From NCBI RefSeq assembly GCF_009914755.1, contig NC_060931.1: a stretch of DNA of 64,000 nucleotides; one strand, given 5' to 3'. The notes below the pieces were generated by a model. That model did no database searches, was not told where the DNA came from, and was given only the letters and a program-made list of their open reading frames with translations. Below are positions 43,416 through 61,259 of this stretch, piece by piece. This DNA comes from the human T2T-CHM13v2.0 reference genome, Homo sapiens. A program made the translations under genes and the position numbers. Every line of letters begins with the position of its first letter. Position 1 is the first letter of the stretch.

Positions 43416-44287
43416 TGTGTCCGGAATTGGTTCCTGCTGGTGGGTTCTTCGTCTCACTGACTTCAAGAATGAAGCTGCGGCCCTTCGCGGTGTTACAGTT
43501 CTTAAAGGCGTGTCCCGAGTTTGTTCCTTCAGATGTTCAGATGTGTCCAGAATTTCTTCCTTCAGGTGGGTTCATGGTCTTACTGACTTCAGGAATGAAG
43601 CTGCAGACCTTCGCAGTGAGTGTTACAGCTCATAAAGGCAATGTGGACTCAGAGGGAGCAGCAGTAAGCTTTATGGCAAACAGTGAAAGAGCAAAGCTGC
43701 CAAAGCTTCAAAGTGGATCGTTGAGCACTGTTGCCACTGCTGGCTCCCCTGGCCTACTTTTCTTCCCTTATTTGGCCCCACCCACATCCTGCTGATTGGT
43801 CCATTTTACAGAGTGCTGATTGGTCCATTTTACAGAGTGCTGATTGGTCTGTTTTACAGAGTGCAGATTGGTCCGTTTTACAGAGTGCGGATTGGTCCGT
43901 TTTACAGAGTGCGGATTGGTCCATTTTACAGAGTGCTGATTGGTCCATTTTTACAGAGTGCTGATTGGTGCGTTTACAACCCTTTAGCTAGACAGAAAAG
44001 TTCTCCAGGTCCCTACCCGATTAGCTAGACACAGAGTGGTGATTGGTGTGTTTACAGACCTTTAGCTAGACACAGAGCACTGACTGGTGCATTTACAGTC
44101 CTTCAGCTAGACAGAAAAGTTCTCCAGGTCCCCACCCAATTAGCTAGACACAGAGTGCTGATTGGTGTGTTTACAAACCTTTAGCTAGACACAGAGTGCT
44201 GATTGGTGCATTTACAATCCTTTAGGTAGACAGAAAAGTTCTCCAAGTCCCCACCCAACCCGGAAGCCCAGCTGGCTTCATCTCTCA
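43416..44287 (-). mobile_element. LTR12 (ERV9/HERV9) solo LTR
   Basis: Minus strand begins tgagagatgaagccagctggg and ends ccaattccggacaca; 4-bp TSD aagg at 43412-43415 and 44288-44291; characteristic tandem repeats. Confidence 0.95.
43791..44210 (-). promoter_or_regulatory. LTR12 U3 repeat array with 11 CCAAT (NF-Y) boxes
   Basis: About 7.5 copies of the 24-bp gctgattggtccattttacagagt plus longer repeats; ATTGG counted 11 times on the plus strand. Confidence 0.75.
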
Positions 44288-44357
44288 AAGGGAGCTTCAC
44301 GCAAATTTCAGACTCAGGAGCTTTGTGCAAAAACATCTTTCCAAAGTTGTAAGTGCT

Positions 44358-47268
<2,911 letters not shown>

Positions 47269-47659
47269 CCAAAGTTGTAAGTGCTGATGTATAGGCACAA
47301 TACTTAGGCTTCAAGGACATGCAGTGATATCAGCCAATTTCCCTCAAGAACAGGTCCACCTAGAAGGTATAAATGAAAATATAGATAACTGAGGGGGATA
47401 TTTGCCTGTGGATTCTTTTGCCCTTGTGCCCCAGTTTATGAAGCAGCCTTTTTCTGTGCTACCATCAGACACTCTCCTGCTTCGTCACCCTATGGGAATT
47501 GTCTGTTTCCTTGTCAGCCTCCTTCATTAGACTATAAATTCTGTGAGGAAAGGGATCCTTGATACCTCATTTAACCCCAGCACATGCCAGAGTCTGTAGC
47601 TCCTGATAGATGCTTGTTAGGTATTTGTGGAATAGGTACGTTAGAAAAAGTGAGAGCCA

Positions 47660-48560
<901 letters not shown>

Positions 48561-48828
48561 GTGGCCATTTACAGAAGGAAAGACTTTACAAGAAAGAACT
48601 GATTTGGTGATTCAGGGCAAGGTGAAAAACTGGGTTTAAGATATTTTGAGCCTTGGGAGGGGCAGGGCAGGAGTTAGGGAGATGAGACATCCAAATGCAA
48701 CCAAGAGGGAGTTGCAATGCAGAGCTGTTAGGTGGGGGTGGGGATGGGGGAGAAGGAGGGCCATTTGGCCCAGGCCTCATATTCATGAATTTCTCAAACT
48801 GAGACTTTTGACATTGCCTTTAAATGAG

Positions 48829-49214
48829 TGCCATGATCTGAATGGCTCCTAAAATTCATAGATTAAAACTTAGTCCCCATTGGGGTGATATTAAAAGATG
48901 CGGCCTTTTGGGAAATGATTAAATCATGCCCTCATGAATGGATTAGTGCCTGATAAAAGAGCTGGAGGGAACTAGCTTAAGGCCTTTTTGCTCTTCTGCC
49001 ATGTGAGGACACACAGTTCATCCCCTCTGGAGGAGGCAGCTACAAGGCGCCATCTTGGAAGCGGAGACAGGGTTTCACCAGACACGAAACCTGCTGGCAC
49101 TTTGATTTTGAACGTTGTAGCCCACAAAACTATGAGGACTAAATTTCTGTTATTTGTAAATTACCCAGTCTTAAGTATTTTGTTATATAATAGCAGCACA
49201 AATGGCCTGAGATG
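48829..49214 (+). mobile_element. MST (MSTC/D-like) MaLR solo LTR
   Basis: tgccatgatctgaatg...gccctcatgaatggattag...acaaggcgccatcttggaagc...aaattacccagtc; 5-bp TSD atgag on both sides. Confidence 0.88.
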
Positions 49215-50724
49215 ATGAGTTAATGTATACAGTCCTTGAATTCATGTGGGTATTGAAGTTTGATAAATACAAACTTTAAAAATACCACAATTTTGCAGCT
49301 CTATTGATATATTAATTTAGTGCTCTAATATACATGGAAATGTAAAAATATTATAGAAGTGCCTTCTAAGAACACTGACAAGGGATCCTCTCATAATCTG
49401 CATTTACCTCCAATTGTAGCAATATTTTCACTGAGTTATAACTGCTGCCTCCCTGTCTGTCTTCCTGCCTGCGTGAGGGATAGAATTGTGTTCTGCTTAG
49501 TTGAAATTCCAGTAGCTAATCTAATCTCTGGCTGAAAGAAGGTTACCAAAAATTAAATAATTTGGGAGGGATAGTAAGAAAGGAAACTCATCTATATTGA
49601 AGTAAAATAAGTACAGACATCAAAGTGGAGAACAACTTTATAGAAGAAAACAAGTATCTTCCCTTCAAAAAGGGCAACAAAACAATCTTGTGGTATTAGT
49701 AATTGTAACTAACATATGGCAGCTCTCAAATACAAACCAGGCGCCATCTTTTGTGTGAAGCTTCCTGACATTATCAGAGAAGTTCTGTCCAACTCAGTGT
49801 TGGGGTTGGGGAAGAGGAGAGGAGAGCTATCAAGGGGAATACCACCCAGTTCTTTTTAGCATCTTGGATTCCACTTTTGAGCTCATAGAAACTTTTCCAG
49901 AGAAGCTCTCTGACCATCTTTTCTATTTCTTCCTTTGGCTCCAGAGTGAGCATGGATTAAGAGAAATAAAATCAAGATCTGGGAGATTTAAGCAGATCTG
50001 AAGACGAGAGAAAAATAATCCTGGCTATTTTTCTTCCCCAGTAAATCCTGGGCAGAATGTTTCGAAAAGAAAGAACATCACATTGCCCAATTATTACAAG
50101 AATATACTTCTGATACACCTGTTCTACTTCTCAAAGTCAACTTTGATGACCTTAATTTTATCTACACTACAGTATAAATTTTCACTGAGATCTTTATCTC
50201 ATCCTGACACCAATTAGCACATGCATTTCAGCAGAAGAATCTACAGCAATTTAATACATACCTTCGAAGAAAACAAAACGCTAATCGAAATGAAGACTGT
50301 CCCAAAACCAACTGAACAGGTGTGCATTTCCATAATGGCTGCACAATTCAGCAACCAAGTGGTGTTTGCTGCTTTTGCTTGTGAACTGAATTAGTAATCT
50401 TCACATGCCCTGTCCCGGTGATTGAAATAAATTACTTTGTTAAATTGCGAAGCAGGTTGACCCATCTGTTGGCCCATGAATGTTCAGATTCTCAGAGGGT
50501 TTATTATTCTAAATAATGACTGCCATATGCAGCAGTAAACAGTTCCTTTAAAACTGACTGAAGGATTTGGTGCTACTTTTGAAGGCAATTTATAAAGCTA
50601 TTCATGTTCCTCTAAAGGATCTGCCCTTCAACTAAACTTCCAGAAAGGTTGTCTTGATCTGTTAATCCTGACAGAGACACCTTGTTCTCTTTGGAGAGGA
50701 AAGAGGAGGGAAAAAACAGAAACA

Positions 50725-50930
50725 TAAGTTCCAGCAGCACCTACTAAGTGTCAGGTGCCGGCACATATGGTAGCACTGCCCTGTGAAATCTCACAACAAC
50801 TATGTGAGGTGGATATTATGATCCCGGAGAAAACAGGAGATCAGAGAGGTTAAGTGACACATCCAAAGGCAACTGCTATGCTGGGGAACTGGGACTCGAA
50901 CCCGGTCCGCCTGGCTCCATGACACATTGT
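50725..50930 (-). mobile_element. MIR fragment
   Basis: tctcacaacaactatgtgaggt...cagagaggttaagtgac...gggactcgaacccgg. Confidence 0.75.
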
Positions 50931-52219
50931 GCTGTCAGAGCATCTGATGAAAAGTGTTCACACTGGGACTCGCAGTGAGTGATAATTCTTTTGCACAATT
51001 CAGATCCATGGGAGAAAAGAAGTAAAAAAAATTTTAAAAAAAGTTTATGCCACTGTTCTGATTCTACTTAATTCAAACTGTTCTAATCATGCTTTCCCCC
51101 TCTTTTCTAAAGTATAAGCCCCACTATTCCCTCCCTGATATTCTCCTTTAAGGAGGAAGAAGGCAGAGCTCTGAACTCTCATTGGTAAGAATCGAATAGG
51201 AATGTTTCAAAGACAAAATTCTGTGAGCCCTCTTCATATGCAGCTTTCCTTACTTCAGATCATCCTCATTTTCAAATCCCTGGGAAGAATGCAAGCTCTG
51301 CCCACACAAGGTCCATAAACTGCTCAGACCATGAACCAGCCATGATTTGTTTGTGATGTTAACAGTGACTCGTTGTGGCTAGATTACAGATGTTAGATTG
51401 CTGATGGATGGCCCAGAGCCAGCACATGGTCGGCTCTTCTGGTATTCAACTGCAAAATTAATCATGTGTGGAAAGGTACTTTTTTCCATCTGTGAAAAAT
51501 GAAATGGCTAATATACAGTATGGAATGAGTGCCCTGGAACAATTCCTTTCTTAACGGGCAAAGAATAAAGCTATTAAAAGAATAAACTCCTGTATGTGAC
51601 ATGATGACAGTGGGATTTTTTTTGATGAGCTAAATGAATAAACTCTCTCTCTCTCCTTTGATTTATGCCAGCGCAGTCTCTCAAAGCTTCAAAAGGCAGA
51701 AAGCACGTTTGGAGATGCCGATGGTCTCTACTCTCTTTGTTTAAAGGGAGTGAGAAGCTATGATTGGGCCAAAGGCAAGCGTCTGACAGGCAAAGACCTG
51801 AAAAGGTCAGCACCCAAGTGCTCAATCACAGGGAAGAGAAGGGGTGCCTTGGGGGGTTTGCCAGAACCTTTGGTTAAGGAAGCTTGCCCTCATTTCAACA
51901 ACCCCCAGGCACCTCTGCATGGGCCGAGGCCAGGCCCTGCCTCTGTGGTTGTTCTCCTCCCACGACCAGAGGAAATTAGACCTGTTCTTTGCTGTCAGCT
52001 TAAATCCTTAGGAGGGGGCTAGAAATTAAGATTGTTCTTCACTCTACCAATGATGGAACCAAAAGAAACAAAGCCCACATTGAGAAACTTAGAAAAGGCT
52101 TAACATATACAGTGAAAATAAATTCCTGGCCAAGTACATTGAACATCAGAAAAGATCACCCAGGTAAAATGTAGTTGGGTTATATAATTAGTTTATTTAA
52201 ATCAAGAGCAAGGAATACA

Positions 52220-52640
52220 CGTTCAGAAAAGCATAAAACATCAGACAAATCCAAATTCAAAAAAAACAACAACAACAAATTCAGAAATATGCTACAAAAT
52301 AAGCAGCCAATACTCTTTAAAATTGTGAAAAACAAAGACTAAGGAACCGTTACAGATCGGAAGAAAGGAAGGAAAGACAATAGCTACATGCAATGTGAGA
52401 TCACAGGCTGGATCCTGGACCAGATCAAGAACATAATGGCATAACGAAGACACTCATAGATTAATTAATGGCAGTTAACCATCAACCTGCAAATTGTTAG
52501 CAATGCTCTATCAGTGTTAATTTCTTGGTTTTAGATCATTGTAGCATGGTTATGTAAGATGTTAACATTTGGAGAAATCTCTGTAGCGTTTTTGCAACTT
52601 TTTTGTAAGTCTGAAATTATTTCAGAATAAAAAGTTTTGT
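52220..52640 (+). mobile_element. Old L1M 3' fragment
   Basis: catcagacaaatccaaatt...atgcaatgtg...tggatcctggaccaga...gtaagtctgaaattatttca. Confidence 0.7.
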
Positions 52641-52892
52641 TACAAGGCACTGATGCAGAAAAGCCTACAATGAGAAGCAGCAGCCCAGGGGTCACTGTTT
52701 CTCCATCCCAGTCCTATTCCCCATATGCAGTCACTTTTATCTCTTTCAACTGTTTCTTCAAATAGTTACTCATGTATTGCTAAATAGTATGTTTAAAATA
52801 CTATTTCTTGATTTATTAATTTTATACAATAACTACTGACTTCACACCATGATGGGTAAGAATTTAGCTCACTTTCACCAACTTTTAAATTA

Positions 52893-53224
<332 letters not shown>

Positions 53225-53229
53225 GGTAA

Positions 53230-55260
53230 AAAACTATATTACTTTGAATTAATTTTAGACTTTTTGAAAGAAGTTGCAAAGACCATAAAGTCCCCAATTA
53301 CCCTTCACCCAGCTTTCTCCAATGTCAACACCTTCCATAACCATGATACAATTATCAAAACTCAGACATTAGCATGGTCTAATTCTGTTAACTAAACTAT
53401 AGCTTTTGTTGAGATTTCTCTGATCTTTCCAGTGCTGTCTCTTTTCTGTTCCAGGATTCCATCCAGGACACCATATTGCACTTAGTTGTCATCTTCTCTG
53501 GTCTGTGACAGTTCCTCCATCCTTCCTTGTGTTTTGTGACCCTGACATATTTCAAAACAGCTGGTCAAATATTTTGTAGAATGTCCATCAGTTTGGGTTT
53601 GTCTGATATTTTCTCGGGATTAGATACAGTTATAGATTTTTGGAAGGAATGCCACAGAGGTGACATGCCCTTTGCAACATTTCAGGGATATTATATCAAT
53701 ATGTCTTATTATTGGTGAACTTAACCTTGATCACTGGATTAAGGTAGTATCTATGAGACTTCTTTAAGGAAAAGTTACTAATTAATTTCTCCTTTTCATT
53801 AGAAGCATGTCATGAAATCCAGCTCACATTCAAGGGGAGATGAATTAAACTCCAAGTCCTAGAGAGAGATATATCAAAGAATTTGCAGACACATGTTAAA
53901 ACCACCACAGTAATACACAAACATTTTGGGGAAGACACTCTGAGGCTACATAGCTATCCCACTTCTCTTTAAAGTTTCACCCACTATTCTTAGCATTTCT
54001 TGGTGGATATTGCCTGCGGTAATCACTATTGTGAGGTTCTTATGGCAATTTTCAATTTCCCTCATTCCATCATTTCTTAACATTATTTAATATATGTAAG
54101 TAAGACTTGTTCCTTCTCCCCATGTATTTATTTAAACATGTATTTATATCAGTATGGTTTTATAGATATTTGTTTCATTTGGGGGTTATAATCTAATACT
54201 GTCATTGTTGATTTTGCTTCTCAGATTTTCTAGGTTTGGCCATTAGAAACTCTTTCAGGTTGGATCGTGTGTCCTTTGGATATGTCCCATCCTTTCCTTT
54301 TTTTTCTTAACCACTTCTTTAAATTCTGGCACCATGAGATGCTCCAGGCTCATCTTATGTTTTCACTGCCCCAGCCCTAGAATTAGCCATTTTCCCAAGA
54401 ACATCAGGTTCCTTTTATTAGAGAATAATGTTTAGAAACCAAAATCTGGAGCTAAGTGTATTCATTGCTCAAGGATGTCACTGATCCTAGCTCTCAGTGA
54501 ACAACATTAGGTTATGTGTGTATGTATACTAACCCATGTATATTTACTTCTGTATCTGCTTAGCTGTATATGTATTAAAATAAACATGACTTCATACGAC
54601 ATCTCTGACTGCAATCCAGCACCACAGAGTTTATTCTGGCATTACTCCCTTATTTATCTGTAACTTCTTTTCAAATAGACAATCATGTTGTCTGCAAATA
54701 GAGACAGTTTTGTTTCTTATTTCCCAGTATGCATGGACTTTCTTTTTTTTTGCTTTTCAAGCTCACTGAACAGTGATGAGAGAGGAGATCCTTGCCTCAT
54801 TCCCAATTTTTGAGAGAAAGCTTCCAGTCTGTCACCATTAAGTATGATATTAGCTGTATATTTTTCACAGAAGACCTTATCAGGTTGAGAATTTCCTTTC
54901 TATTCCTGATATGCAGAGAGATTTGTCTTGAACGAATGTTGAATTTGTTAGATGCTTTTTCTGCATCTATTGAGATGATCACATGACTTTGCCTCTTTGA
55001 TCTGTTAATATTTTCCCATTTTTCCCAAAAATTTCCAAATATTTTCCCAACTATACCCGTTGATTGTGAATGTTCAACCAGCCAGGCTGAATGGTCCAGG
55101 TTCATTCCTGGAATGAACCTTGCTTGGTCCTGATATATTAACCTTTTTCTATATTATTGGGAACAATTTGCTAATATTTTACAGAGGATTTTGAATCTAT
55201 ATTCATGAGAGATAGTCTGTGGTTTTCTTTTCTTGTATTGTCTCTAGTTTTGGTACTAGT
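53230..55260 (-). mobile_element. Old L1M (MB/MC/MD-type) 3' UTR and ORF2 fragments
   Basis: cccttcacccagctttctcc, tttagaaaccaaaatctgg; degenerate ORF2 peptide [14 protein letters not shown] in ORF 54797-55105. Confidence 0.75.
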
Positions 55261-56640
55261 AAGGGTAGAGTATAGAAATAGAAGAGGAGATGGTGGGGAA
55301 ATACCTCTAAAGACTGCCTATCACTTTAGAGATTGAATAAGATAAAAATCAAGCCATCAGATGAAACAAAGTGAAGCTGAAATATATAAATTTAACAATG
55401 TAAAAAGAAACATGAATTCAAAACATTGATACTCACACAATTGGTCTTAAAACCAAATTCTGTCCTTCCCTGAAGAACAAATGGAGCTTGGGTTAGCTGG
55501 CTCTGGCAAAGCCTGTAGCCTTCCTCTCCCTACTTTCCACAATTAGAACACTATTGGCCAAGGTCCTTTTGGATCAGCTGCTATATAATGTTGACAATAA
55601 TGTCAACTGCACTCTCCTGGGACTAACTAATTAAATTTCAAAGTTTAATCAAAAGAAAGTGTACATGTTCCCTATTAATATGCTGACTTTTTTGGAAGTT
55701 GGGTGAATGTTAGCTGCACTTTCAAAATAAGCTAGGGATTAGTATACAAGATACACCGTGAAATTGAGGCCTAGGCTCCTAGAATAGAAAGCCAGAAAAT
55801 ATTGGCCTGAATATAGTGGGTGTTAATAAATATTTGTTGAATGAATATATTTAAAACTTGTTGTACTCGGAATGATTGTCAAGACTCATACTACTCAAAT
55901 TTTCAAGATTCTCTGTTTACCAAAACTAAAATGTGGATTTTTCTTAAAAAGTCTCATTCTCTTCTACTTTCTATCCAGTTGTGTCCTAGAGGAAAACTTA
56001 CCCCATTAGTTTCTCGTTTGATCATACTTATGCAAAGTGTTGTTTGTCAAAAGTCCAAAGTAATATTTTATTCACATTTGTCTCAAGAGCTACTATACTG
56101 CCATTGTCCAAGAGCAAATGAGGTCACAGCCTACACTGCCTGCTCTCAGTTTCAAATTTAGAACAAAAGGATTCTCTAAAAGTGTGGCTGTTTCCCAAGA
56201 CCATCCAGCAGTGAAAAATTGGTCTGAGAGCCTAAAATACCTGCATATGCATAGCAGCTGTTACTTTTTGTTTCCTTTGTGCCAAGCACTTTGCTAAGCT
56301 GCTTTTATACATATTATCTCACTTAATTCTCACAACCAGCCCATGTGATTGCTGTCAAAAGTGTCACCTTGTTCATCTTATCTTGTTCAGAAAACTGCAT
56401 CTCAGTGCAGGAGGTGAAGGGCACCTGAGATAACAGTTTCCAAAATGATGCCTCAAATCTCTAGCCCCAGCAAAATTTTTATCATTGAGATAACCATGAG
56501 ATAATTACAGCTTAGATTTTGCTGATAGTTCAGAAGAAACCCCAGTTTTGAATGTAAGCAGGAAGAGGAGGTGAGTAGGGAAGAAGGAGACTAGAAACTA
56601 ATATTCATTGCATGCCAATATCAGTGACTGGGATGGAAAC

Positions 56641-56770
56641 TTTATATTAACTCATTCAATTTGCACAAAACTCCAGGTAGATATTATCCCCACTTTACAG
56701 AGAAAAAAAAGCTGAGGTTTAAGGCTTAAGAGGTGGAGGCAGCCTTCAAACTCAGGTCTGTCTGACTTCA
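56641..56770 (-). mobile_element. MIR fragment (copy A of a local duplicate)
   Basis: attatccccactttacagag...gctgagg; shares its internal structure with 59089-59210. Confidence 0.7.
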
Positions 56771-57439
56771 GAACACATTCTCTTTCAATACATATAACAC
56801 GCTTCCCCATTTCTTCTTGATGGAAAAAAGCAGCCAATGGTTTAGATTGTCATTCCAGTTCCCTATATTACTACCTCTTGAATACTGAAAAATTGGTTCC
56901 ATATTAAGAGTGGTGAAAACTTTGGTGGCCAAATAGAATCCTTTTTCCAAACACATAGTTTTAGTTGTACCCAGAGAAAGGTTACATTAGATGCATCTCA
57001 TGCCTTTTCAGAGTTATTTGTTGAAACTTATAATCAAATTAGACATTGATAAGTCTTTGCCAAGAGTTTTCAACTGCAAACTCTATGAGCTCAGAAACTT
57101 TATCTTGTTCATAATTTATCCCCATTACCTAAAATATTGCTTAACTAACAGCAGGCACACAACAAATATTTATTGGGGAAACCAACGTTTTCAAGTACAA
57201 TAATCCAGGATTTAGCTTACATAGTGCCATCTGTCATATTTAATAAATAGCTTCTCCCCTGTGTGCATGTCCTATGTGTACCCTGAGGTCATAGTCTAAA
57301 GAGGGAAATCTTTCCCCAAACCGTAGGACTGGATAACAGCAGCAGACAATATCCCTGGTAATGTTTGCAGCTTAATGCCTGGAATGTAGAAAATGCTCAG
57401 TAAACATTTGTTGACTTAATTATTGATGAAGAAGACCTA

Positions 57440-57655
57440 CACCTACTGAATGCTTACTCTTAGTCCGACAGTCTACTTGCTTTATCTCATAAAAGCATCC
57501 TACGGCAGTTCTATAATAGCTCCCTTTTCATAGAAAAGCAAAGTAGGATTTAGAGAGGTTAAGTAACGTGCCCAAATTAGTACAGTTATTATGTGGCAGC
57601 ACTGAGATCAAACCAGGACAGCCTGATTTCAGAGTTCTCAGCCTGAGTCACCCCA
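57440..57655 (-). mobile_element. MIR fragment
   Basis: agagaggttaagtaacgtgcccaa...cagcctgatttcagag. Confidence 0.7.
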
Positions 57656-59088
57656 TAGCACTTGGTGAACTTGCCAATCCCACTCCTCCCTCAAGGCCTT
57701 TGCTCTTCTCTCCCCTGGATCTTTGCACAGCTGGCTCCTTATTCAAGTCTCTGCCCAGTGTCACCTCAGAGACCTTCCCTAACGACTCCCTACTCTGTCT
57801 CCGGATCCTGTTAGAGTGCCTTCACAGCATGACCCACCATCTAACATTCTCTTGTTTATGATTTGATTGCTATCAAGTCCCCCAACCAGACCTTGAGCTT
57901 CATGAGATCAGGGCCTTGTCCATCTTATTGGCCACTGTGATCTACAGTATGGTGCTGAGCCTAGGACATCAAGGCCCTTTCTAAATATTTGCTGAATTGC
58001 TGAATGACTACTGCAGGCTGGATAACCCCTGGTGTGTTAAAGAGGACAGTTCTTTGCAGGCCAGTCTTCAGAAGAGTGTCTGGTGCATGACTGATGCTTC
58101 TCTCCAAACCTATTAAGCCCAATTCCCATATTAATGCTTCTCTGCCATTTTGAACAAAAAAAATAGATTTATATGTGGGCCAATTGAGCAAATGTTTTCT
58201 GCAAAGAGGAAGGTTCAACGACTTAATGATTGTAGCATGCTCTATAATTTCTCCAACAAAGACACTTTGCTGAATAAAAATAATTTCCACCCCTCTCATA
58301 TTGGAGCCATACCCTACTTAGCTTCTAAAGACCAAAATGTCAGTTGTTCCTGGTTTACAGAATGCTTCTCCACTGACAGCCTTAAACTTTATGTATCTCA
58401 CAGGATAAAATCCAAGGAAAAAAATTTATTACAGAAAACGCTCTCTGGCCTGGGTCCAACATTTGATGATGGAGAATATTAATAATATTGCTTGGGCTTG
58501 ACTCTCTTAAGTCTCTCACTTCCCCCAACACATGTCTGAAAGAGCTTGATATATGTGACACACATCTTGTTTTCAACCTCCGTCAGTGAGCTAGTTACCA
58601 GCAGAATTGTTTTGCAGATCTCCAACCAGTTTGAGACCTCCCACCTTGCTGCCAGGTTTGTTTCTTCAGAAAGTCTGGCCGTTCTGATAACATCACCCTC
58701 CTCTTCATCCACCCCAGCTTTGTGCTTTTCCAACCCAGTCACTTGGAATCACTCTGAGCTCACTCACCTTGAGGTACCGTACTCCTTGCTTAGAGTCGCT
58801 CTCCCCCTACTTATGTCTTCCTCTCCTTCTTTTTAAAGACTCACATCTGCATTCCCACCTCCTCTTGCCTGACATTATCCCCAGTCCAGGCTCACTCACT
58901 CCCAAATACTTCCCAGGTTAAGTCAGATGCCCTTCCTCTAAAAGAACTTTATACAGACACGTGACTTAATTACTTACAATACTCTACTTATCAATGGGCT
59001 CCTGGCATGTCTGCTGTATCCTGCACATGACAGGTAGCTCCTCATAAATGGCTGGGAACTGAATTTATCCTGGCTCCCCCACCTCACC

Positions 59089-59210
59089 TTTATATTATCT
59101 CATTTAATTTGTACAAAAGTCCAGGTAGACATTATTCCCATTTTACAGAGGAGGAAACTGAGGCTTAAGGCATAAGAGGTGGAGGCAACCTTCAAGGTCA
59201 GGTTATCTAA
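59089..59210 (-). mobile_element. MIR fragment (copy B of a local duplicate)
   Basis: attattcccattttacagaggaggaaactgaggc. Confidence 0.75.
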
Positions 59211-59459
59211 GAGGAAAAAAAAAATCATTCTCCTCTACTCATTCTTCAGAAAGTTGATTTCACTCATCAAATAAGAAGGCAAGATTTTAGTTCCTGATGT
59301 CATTCTCCCAAATCTGTCTCATGATCTACGGTCACCCAGAATCATGGTGGGTAGAGGTGATGGCCTCAGGAGCAAAGAACAAACACATGGACATCAAGAG
59401 CATGAAGGCATTCCTTGGACAGAAAGTTTCTTACACTCATATGCTCCTATAGGTCATTA

Positions 59460-59587
59460 TGCATGAACCAAAAAAAGGACCAGGATGGGCAAGAATCAAG
59501 GAAGCTTCCTTGTTTTTGCCCAGCCTTCATCTGACTGAAAACATACCTGCATGTATAAGCTTTCCCTTTAAATCACTGTACCCATCT
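59460..59587 (+). repeat. Left arm of a ~130-bp dispersed inverted repeat
   Basis: Approximate reverse complement of 61127-61259; 36-bp exact core at 59513-59548. Confidence 0.9.
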
Positions 59588-60320
59588 CCAAGACACAAAG
59601 GAAATAATAATTGTGTCCTCTGTAAGAAATGACCATCTAGTAAAAAGACCAGTGTCATTTATAGCTTGCAGAATGAATTGCTCATGCAGCCACCTGCCAA
59701 ACATAGTTTAGGATAGCATAGCTACCGGGCATATTGGTATGCTTTTTCCTGGCTGCCACTATTTTAGAAAACATTTTGAGAACTTGTCCACCCTGGACTC
59801 ATTGAAGACATTTTATGGTAAAGTCAGTTTAGGCAGAACCTCCGTCTGGGACCATGGCCAGGCTCTGCACACCTGGCATACTTCTCGCCACTTCCTAAAC
59901 CCTCTCAACCATAGGGCCATCATCTCTTACAGCCTCCAAGGAATCACCAATGTGGACTTCCTATCCCAGGCTTCCATTCTCCATGCCGCTATCTACACGT
60001 AAAATATAGGCTAAGAGGCAGCGTCATACTTAGAGCCCACAAATTCCTCCCCTGACCTACTTTACCCACTGAACCTCGAGAGCCCTCAGCAAGACTCAGT
60101 GCTGAGTCACCACACACAGCCTGCATCTCCCATGCCTTCCTTCCTGGGAATCTTATAAGGAATAGTGATGTGGCATCAAAGAAAGGTACCTTCCTCCCGC
60201 TCCCATGGTTTTGCTACTTAACTTGGCCAAAATATGTTTTCACAGTCAGTCTTAATGATCTGACTTCCCAATGGACTGCACCAAGTCCAAAAATACAAAA
60301 TACAAACAATACTTCAAAGT

Positions 60321-60766
<446 letters not shown>

Positions 60767-60769
60767 TTA

Positions 60770-61095
60770 TTCACTCCACAAATGCTGTTGTCTGTCACCC
60801 TGTACTGAGCACTGTTTGAGGTGCTAGAGATGCAATGAAGAACAAGATATGTAAGGCCCCAGCTCCTACATTCTAGAGACAGGGATGGGCAGAGACAAAC
60901 AGTAGTCAAGGAAATAAACCAACATGATCATATCACAGAATGGCAAGTATTAGGGCAGAAATATAAAAAGGTGATACAATAGAAAGTGATTAAATCAAGA
61001 GTGATTGGCAGGAGCAACAGGAGTGATAGTAGCTGGCTAGAGAAAGCCTCAGAAGGAGGTGATGTTTTAAAGGGTACCTAAATGACGAAAGACTT
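60770..61095 (-). mobile_element. L2 3' fragment
   Basis: gagcactgtttgaggtgctagagatgcaatgaagaacaaga...ggctagagaaagcctc...ggaggtgatgttt. Confidence 0.65.
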
Positions 61096-61126
61096 GACCA
61101 AAAAAAGGGCCAAAGGAAGAGAGGAA

Positions 61127-61259
61127 AGAGGGTTATGGTGATTTAAAGAGAAAACTTGCACATAGAGGTATGTTTTCAGTCAGATGAAGGCTGGGCAAAA
61201 ATGAGGAATCTAGGCCTTCCTTGACCCTTGCCCTTCTTGGTCCCTTTTTGGTCCATGCA
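61127..61259 (-). repeat. Right arm of the ~130-bp dispersed inverted repeat
   Basis: aggtatgttttcagtcagatgaaggctgggcaaaaa (61166-61201) is the exact reverse complement of 59513-59548. Confidence 0.9.

Noticed and set aside
43342-44028. Repetitive ORFs (SADWSILQ / DQSALCK repeats)
   Set aside because: They are translations of the 24-bp LTR12 tandem repeat, not a protein gene.
43791-44230. Regularly spaced repeats superficially like a CRISPR array
   Set aside because: There are no unique spacers, the context is eukaryotic, and the repeats are internal to LTR12.
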